Below are positions 56,770 to 64,000 of a stretch of DNA of 64,000 nt, piece by piece. Below the pieces are notes generated by a model. That model searched no databases, was not told the origin of the DNA, and saw nothing but the letters and a program-made list of their open reading frames with translations. This DNA is from Eledone cirrhosa (lineage: Eukaryota). The position numbers were made by a program, and so were the translations under genes. The stretch lies in the NCBI GenBank assembly GCA_964016885.1, contig OZ024763.1:19034001-19098000 (forward strand), read 5' to 3'. Each line of letters begins with the position of its first letter. Within the stretch, counting starts at the first letter, position 1.

Positions 56770-58172
56770 TAAAGAGAGGGGATAGAGGAGATAGAGAGGG
56801 GATAGAGGAGATAGAGAGGGGATAGAGGAGATAGAATAGGGGATAGAGGAGATAGAATAGGGGATAGAGGAGATAGAATAGGGATAGAGGAGATAGAATA
56901 GTCATAGAGAGGGGTGGGATAGGGATAGAGAGGGGTGGGATAAGGATAGAGAGGAGATAGAATAGGGATAGAGGAGATAGAATAGGGATAGAGGAGATAG
57001 AATAGGGATAGAGGGGTGGAATAGGGATAGAGAGGGGTGGAATAGGGATAGAGAGGGGTGGAATAGGGATAGAGAGGGGTGGGATAAGGATAGAGAGGGG
57101 TGGGATAAGGATAGAGAGGAGATAGAATAGGGATAGAGCGGGGTGGAATAGGGATAGAGAGGGGTGGGATAGGGATAGAGGGGTGGGATAGGGATAGAGA
57201 GGGGTGGGATAGGGATAGAGAGGAGATAGAATAGGGATAGAGGGGGTGGAATAGGGATAGAGAGGGGTGGGATAGGGCTAGAGAGGAGATAGAATAGGGA
57301 TAGAGGGGGTGGAATAGGGATAGAGAGGGGTGGGATAGGGCTAGAGAGGGGTGGAATAGGGATAGAGAGGGGTGGAATAGGGATAGAGAGGGGTGGGATA
57401 GGGCTAGAGAGGGGTGGAATAGGGATAGAGAGGGGTGGAATAGGGATAGAGAGGGGTGGGATAGGGCTAGAGAGGGGTGGAATAGGGATAGAGAGGGGTA
57501 GAATAGGGATAGAGGGGGGTGGAATAGGGATAGAGGGGGGTGGAATAGGGATAGAGAGGAGATAGAATAGGGATAGAGAGGGGTGGAATAGGGATAGAGA
57601 GGGGTGGGATAGGGCTAGAGAGGGGTGGAATAGGGATAGAGAGGGGTGGAATAGGGATAGAGAGGGGTGGGATAGGGATAGAGAGGGGTGGAATAGGGAT
57701 AGAGAGGGGTGGGATAGGGATAGAGGGGGGTGGAATAGGGATAGAGAGGGGTGGAATAGGGATAGAGGGGGTGGGATAGGGATAGAGGGGTGGAATAGGG
57801 ATAGAGGGGGTGGGATAGGGATAGAGAGGGGTGGGATAGGGATAGAGAGGGGTGGAATAGGGATAGAGGGGGTGGGATAGGGATAGAGGGGTGGAATAGG
57901 GATAGAGGGGGTGGGATAGGGATAGAGAGGGGTGGGATAGGGCTAGAGAGGAGATAGAATAGGGATAGAGGGGGTGGGATAGGGATAGAGAGGGGTGGGA
58001 TAGGGATAGAGAGGGGTGGGATAGGGATAGAGAGGGGTGGAATAGGGATAGAGAGGGGTGGAATAGGGATAGAGAGGGGTGGAATAGGGATAGAGAGGGG
58101 TGGGATAGGGCTAGAGAGGGGTGGAATAGGGATAGAGGGGGGTGGAATAGGGATAGAGAGGGGTGGGATAGG
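56770..58172. repeat. Purine/G-rich 20-22 bp minisatellite (gatagagaggggtggaatagg)
   Basis: Read directly. Confidence 0.9.
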
Positions 58173-58799
58173 TGATGGAAGGGAGTAGGGATGGTGTAGT
58201 GGGGGAGAAGGGGGTGGAATGAACATAAAAAACCAACAAAACCACCAATAAGTGAAAGCCATGATTAATATATAAATTTTTACAACATTTAAACAAGGGG
58301 GAGGGGTAGTGTGTGTATGTGTGTGGTGTGGAGTGTATGTGTACATAGGTGTGTCAGCGGGGTGGGGGCTATTCAGAATCAACTGACTCAGCCTCAATGT
58401 TTTAATTTGACAAATATTCTTGGGTGATGAATGGTTAGGTGGTGGTGGTGGGAGGTGGTGATGAGAGGTGGTGGGAGGTGATGAGAGGTGATGAGAGGTG
58501 GTGGGAGGTGATGAAGAATGGTTCGGATGGTGGCAGCAGTGGTGGTGGTTATAGGTGGCGGTGTTGGAGGTGGTGGTGTGGTGCTAGAGGTGAAGGGAGG
58601 AGTTGTGATGATGGAAAACAAGTCTTTAAAATAAAAAAATATTTAAAAAATAAGAATAATAACAAATGCAAAGAAAAACAATTTTGTGAAGATCTGAGGA
58701 AAAATATGTTTATGGGCCTGCTAAAATACATGTTTGAGGGCCTACTAAAATACATTAAGAAAATAATGTGAAGATGGTAAAGAAAAACGCAAAACACGG

Positions 58800-59580
58800 T
58801 TAACCCTTTAGTTACCAATCCAGCCAAAACCAGCTCTGGTCCTATGAAATAAAACCACCCATTTTAAAGGTTTCCAATTTAAAATCCAAATTAAAATCTT
58901 CCAACATAATTTATATAAGAACCTTACATTAACCCTTTTTTTTACCAACCCAGCTAAAACCGGTTCTGATTCTATGAAATAAAACCACCCATTATAAACA
59001 GTAATCCTTTAGTTACCAACCCAGCCAAAACTGGTTCTGGTTCTATGAAATAAAACCACCCATTTTAAACAGTAACCCTTTAGTTACCAACCCAACCAAA
59101 ACCAACTCTGGTTCTATGAAATAAAACCACCCATTATAAACAGTAATCCTTTAGTTACCAACCCAGCCAAAACTGGTTCTGATTCTATGAAATAAAACCA
59201 CCCATTTTAAACAGTAACCCTTTAGTTACCAACCCAACCAAAACCAACTCTGGTTCTATGAAATAAAACCACCCATTATAAACAGTAATCCTTTAGTTAC
59301 CAACCCAGCCAAAACTGGTTCTGATTCTATGAAATAAAACCACCCATTTTAAACAGTAACCCTTTAGTTACCAACCCAACCAAAACCAACTCTGGTTCTA
59401 TGAAATAAAACCACCCATTTTAAACAGTAACCCTTTAGTTACCAACCCAACCAAAACCAACTCTGGTTCTATGAAATAAAACCACCCATTATAAACAGTA
59501 ATCCTTTAGTTACCAACCCAACCAAAACTGGTTCTGGTTCTATGAAATAAAACCATCCATTTTAAAGGTTTCCAATTTCA
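58800..59580 (+). repeat. 71-bp tandem array beginning with TAACCCTTTAG (MITE-end-like)
   Basis: Unit starts at 58999, 59070, 59141, 59212, 59283, 59354, 59425 and 59496; first copy ttaaccc at 58800. Confidence 0.85.
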
Positions 59581-59656
59581 TTAGAAATGTAGTCATAAAA
59601 GATTTAAAGACCTAAAACACATTGAGAGAAATCATATCCTAACTGAAAGAACATGT

Positions 59657-59926
59657 TTAACCCTTTAGCATTTACATTACTCTATATATACTATTGTATT
59701 TTCACGGTAAAGGCTTTACCGCACATAATATCAAATCTATGAGGTTTTGATATTATTTATTTTGAGAACAATACCTTAACATCAGTATGAGTAGCCAGTT
59801 ACAGTCGGTTTGAACAGAAAGAGGAGAGAAAATTCTGGCCAGATACGCCCGGTTACAGCCAGTTTGAACAGAAAGAGGTGAGAACATTCTGGCCAGATAC
59901 AGCAGGTTTAAATGCTAAAGGGTTAA
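59657..59926 (+). mobile_element. piggyBac-like MITE
   Basis: TTAA-CCCTTTAGCATTTA ... TAAATGCTAAAGGG-TTAA. Confidence 0.85.
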
Positions 59927-59979
59927 AGGCCTATAATGTCAGACATCCATTCATGAAAAAATTATTTTATTCCTCAGCT

Positions 59980-60305
59980 GGTGGGGAAGGAGAGTCCTCA
60001 AACATTCTTTCAATAGGTCCTGTCAGAAGCAACTGTCTCCAATTGATTCATCTGGCTCCCCAAGTGATCCAGGTGAACTCATGGATGTTATCCAACCATC
60101 TTACTCGGACTGTACCCCCTGGGTCTCCTGCCGGTTGGTTTTGCCCATAAAATCTCTCCAGTGATTCTTCCCTGAGACATTCTAACCACATGTCCATAGT
60201 ATCGGAGCTGTGATCTCTCAATTCTGAGAAGTAGTGACTCTACCTAAAGCAACTCCAGTGATTCTTTCCTGAGACATTCTAACCACATGGCCATAGTATC
60301 GGAGC
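59980..60305 (-). mobile_element. Degenerate RTE-like LINE C-terminus with partial duplication
   Basis: Minus strand reads LRYYGHVVRMSQ...KPTGRRPRG. Confidence 0.55.
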
Positions 60306-60742
60306 ATAATATGCAATGGTGGTGGTGGTGGTAGTAGTATTGGTTACAGTGGTGTTGGTGACATATGCAGAGGTGGTGGTGTTGGGGGTTACAGTGGCGG
60401 TGGTAGTGCTGGTGTATACAGTGGTGTGGGTGGCATATACAATGGTGGAAGTAGTACCCTTACCACCACCACCATTAGCCCCTCCACACCATCACCATCA
60501 CCAATGGCATCGTTGTCACACAGTAAACCCATTCCATTGAAATCAATGCATCACAATGACTAATGCACTGCAGTGCAGTAGAGTGCATTATATAGTGCAG
60601 TGGTACTTCAGTAGAAAACAAAACATTAACAGTTGCATCGCTCTTTAGAATATATATATATTACACAGCTGTGTGTAGAACTGTGTATATAGCTGTGTGT
60701 GAGTGAGACTGTGTGTAGCTGTGCGTGTGTTTATATATATAT

Positions 60743-60808
<66 letters not shown>

Positions 60809-61056
60809 TATATATATATATATATATATTTCTTTAGGTCGTTTTGGAAGCCTCAAACGACCTAAAGAAATATACCTTATTATTCCACAATGCTTCAAGC
60901 AAACTTCAATACTCTCTTATATATATGTGTGTGTGTGTATGTATATATATATATATATTATAAATATATATATATATATTATATATATATATGAAAAAAT
61001 GGCGAGAAGAATACTGCAGGTTGCACATGGATAACATGTTATAAAATGAGTCCCTC

Positions 61057-61088
<32 letters not shown>

Positions 61089-61110
61089 TATACACACACA
61101 CACACACACA

Positions 61111-61158
<48 letters not shown>

Positions 61159-61309
61159 GAGTCTCACTCACACACAGCTATATACACAGTTCTACACACA
61201 GCTGTGTAATATATATATATATTCTAAAGAGAGATGCAACTGTTAATGTTTTGTTTTCTACTGAAGTACCACTGCACTATATAATGCACTGTACTGTATA
61301 TATATATAA

Positions 61310-61585
61310 TCATCATCATCATCATCATACATCCGCTCTTCCCTGCTTGCAAGGGTGGGACGGGTCTTATTCAGCACAGCATCTCTCCACTCGTCACGGT
61401 CCTTCGTCATCTCCACCGTGAGCTTCAGTGATCTGAGGTCTGTTCTCACCACCTCCACCCATGTTTTTCATGGTCTACCTCTACCACGTCTTCCTTCAAC
61501 TGGCATTTCCTGGCACTTCTTCACCCATCAGTCATCCTCCATGCGCATCATATGTCCATACCACCTCAGTCTCCTCTCTCGCACA
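61310..61585 (-). mobile_element. RTE LINE 3' fragment (family RTE-2)
   Basis: RERRLRWYGHMMRM...GRGRP..TWVEVVRTDL; its end cccgtcccacccttgcaagcaggg...(gat)n equals the SINE A tail. Confidence 0.85.
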
Positions 61586-61777
61586 CTACATATATATATA
61601 TATATATATATAACTGTGTGTGTGTGTGTATATATATATAACTGGATGTGTGTATAGCTGTGTTTGTGTATGATTTTTAATGCGATGAAATACCAATGAT
61701 CGTTGGCAAATCACTGATGAGGGACTAATTTTATATGTATTCCATGTGCAACCATGCAGTATTCTTCTCCCCATGTT

Positions 61778-61819
<42 letters not shown>

Positions 61820-61822
<3 letters not shown>

Positions 61823-62272
61823 GGAAACCGCGGAGTGGGGAGACCCAAGATGACTTGGGATGAGGTGATAAAAGCCGACCTTACCCAACTACACCTCTCA
61901 AAGTCAATGACACACGACCGTGACTTCTGGCGTCACGCAGTAATACAGGGTACCCGACCTCCCATGGGTACATGCTGAAGCATATAAACAATATGCCCCC
62001 CCCCCCACCGCAAGGTGGTCGTGGAGGTGCCACGGCAAAAAAGCACCCAGCCCACACTGTAAAGTGGACGTGTAGGCGCCACGAAAAAGCACCCAGCACT
62101 CACTGTAAATGAGGTTGGTGTTAGGAAGGGCATCCAGCTGTAGAAATCAAGCCAGATCACTTCCTGTATGAGCAAGGCATGGTCAGCTGACCAGACACTG
62201 CCCACAACAGGACAACCCGTCTAACCCATGCTAGCGTGGAAGAACGGACGTAAAACGGTGATGATGATGATG
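61820..62272 (+). mobile_element. RTE-1 3' fragment
   Basis: Near-identical to 19073-19528; between TA tracts. Confidence 0.9.
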
Positions 62273-62770
62273 ATATATATATATATATATATATACTAGC
62301 CGAATTACCCGCACCTTGCTGCATTTCACACATTTCTTTTGTAAGAAAATGATTGGTTTTAAATCCGTGATATAATTTATGGAGAAAACACTGCATTTTA
62401 ATATTACTCAATGTAAAATGTAATGCATGAAAAATTGGAAAACATTATTTTTTATAATATATCAAATCAAAATTACATTATTACATCTTATTCTTATTTT
62501 GTCTCTTGTAAATAATTTTTTTCAAAATATCAATTCAAAACTTGATCATTTCTCTCCCAGGTAGCAAATGTTGAAGTACCTTCTTAATACTCAAAATCCT
62601 ATATCGCCCACCAAAATTTCCAATCACCCTCCTTTTTCGGTTCAGTTGCTCATTATTCACCCAACATTGGGTTGAAATTGCCCACTGGTGGGTGGTATCG
62701 GCTCATGTGGGTAAACTCTGGGTTAGATTCATCAATGAATATAGTGAGGAATTGAGTATACAAGCAGATG

Positions 62771-62833
62771 GGGTTCGATAAGGGCTCTGTCCTCAGTCCC
62801 CTCCTGTTTATTATTGTTCTTCAGACCATAACA
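62771..62833 (+). mobile_element. Short RT remnant
   Basis: KGSVLSPLLFIIVLQTIT resembles LINE RT motif B. Confidence 0.5.
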
Positions 62834-63011
62834 GGGTTTACAAATAAGTGTGCAAGCAGGTAGAGAGGTGCCCTAGGACTCGGTCATCAGAACACCCCCT
62901 CCAGGCTATAACAAGGCTTACAAACATATGCAGCATACAAAAAGGTAACAGTACTGCACATTACATGACCACACAGAGCTGTGGTCCTTAATGCCATAAC
63001 ACACAATATAA

Positions 63012-63425
63012 ATGGTAGTGGTAGTGTTGGTGGTAGTAGTAATAGTAGTGGTAGTGGTGGTAGTAGTAATAAAAGATGGTAGTGGTGGTAGTAGCTGTGG
63101 TAGTAGTAGTAGTAATAGCAGTAGTAGTAGCAGTAGTAGTAGTAGTAGTAGCAGCAGCAGCAGTAGTAGTGGTAGTAGTAGTAATAGTAGCAGCAACAGT
63201 AGTAATAGTAGCAGCAGCAGTAGTAATAGTAGCAGCAGCAGTAATATTAGTAGTAGTAGTAATAGTAGTAGCAACGGCGGTAGTAGTAGTAGTAGTAATA
63301 GTAATAGTAGTAGTAGTAGTAGTAGCAGCAGTAGTGGTAGCAGCAGTAGTGGTAGCAGCAGTAGTGGTAGCAGCAGTAGTGGTTGTAGTAGTAGTAATAG
63401 TAGTAATAGCAGCAGTAGTAGTAAG
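63012..63425. repeat. (GTA)n/(GCA)n trinucleotide repeat
   Basis: Read directly. Confidence 0.9.
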
Positions 63426-63602
63426 AATACACTAAGTGTTAACAGTTTAAGAACATCAGGCTCTCATATTTCAGATTAGCAGCAGACACATTCTTGTTAA
63501 CATAGAATAAGACATGGATTTATAGCGGATGTTGACATTTGAAAGGTACTTATGTATATAAAGGTATATATATTATATATATATATCTATATATATATAT
63601 AT

Positions 63603-63636
<34 letters not shown>

Positions 63637-64000
63637 CATCATCATCATTTCATTTTACGTTCGCTTTTCCCTGCTTGCAACGGTGGGACGGGAACTGATT
63701 CTGGCTTGATTTCTACAGCTGGATGCCCTTCCTAACACCAACCTCATTTACAGTGAGTGCTGGGTGCTTTTTCGTGGCGCCTACACGTCCACTTTACAGT
63801 GTGGGCTGGGTGCTTTTTTGCCGTGGCACCTCCACAAACCACCTTGCGGGGGGGGGGGGGGGCATATTGTCTATATGCTTCAGCTTGTACCCATGGGAGG
63901 TCGGGTACTCTGTATTACTGCGTGACGCCAGAGGTCACGGTCGTGTGTCATTGCCTTTGAGAGGTGTAATTGGGTAAGGTCGGCTTTTATTACCTCATCC
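63637..64000 (-). mobile_element. RTE-1 3' fragment ending in the SINE-A/RTE-2 type tail
   Basis: 63705-64000 matches 19110-19410, while 63637-63705 matches the SINE A tail instead of the RTE-1 tail. Confidence 0.8.

Noticed and set aside
62295-62330. Helitron/Helentron-like terminus (actagc...acccg; also 54667-54696)
   Set aside because: Only a short motif after TA, with no matching other end or hairpin identified

Overview
AT-rich, extremely repeat-dense eukaryotic non-coding DNA. The SINE, LINE and microsatellite content suggests an octopod cephalopod, which is an inference. No host protein-coding exon could be supported, and almost all long ORFs in the track are translations of microsatellites or minisatellites. 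Recognisable content: a 5'-truncated Penelope-like retroelement (RT + GIY-YIG, 38145-41180), several RTE-type and CR1-like LINE fragments (one with a 5' inversion), an internally deleted DD37D (maT) Tc1/mariner element, three tRNA-derived SINE families, a TTAA-CCC (piggyBac-like) MITE family, and satellites built from parts of these elements. The most notable signal is a set of short elements sitting in (TA)n tracts that carry minimal type-I hammerhead ribozyme motifs (CUGANGA...GAAA...NUH) from at least five sequence families. Most of them form inverted-repeat hairpins. One four-copy family is folded back exactly at hammerhead stem II, so the CUGANGA strand is replaced by the reverse complement of the GAAA/GUC strand.
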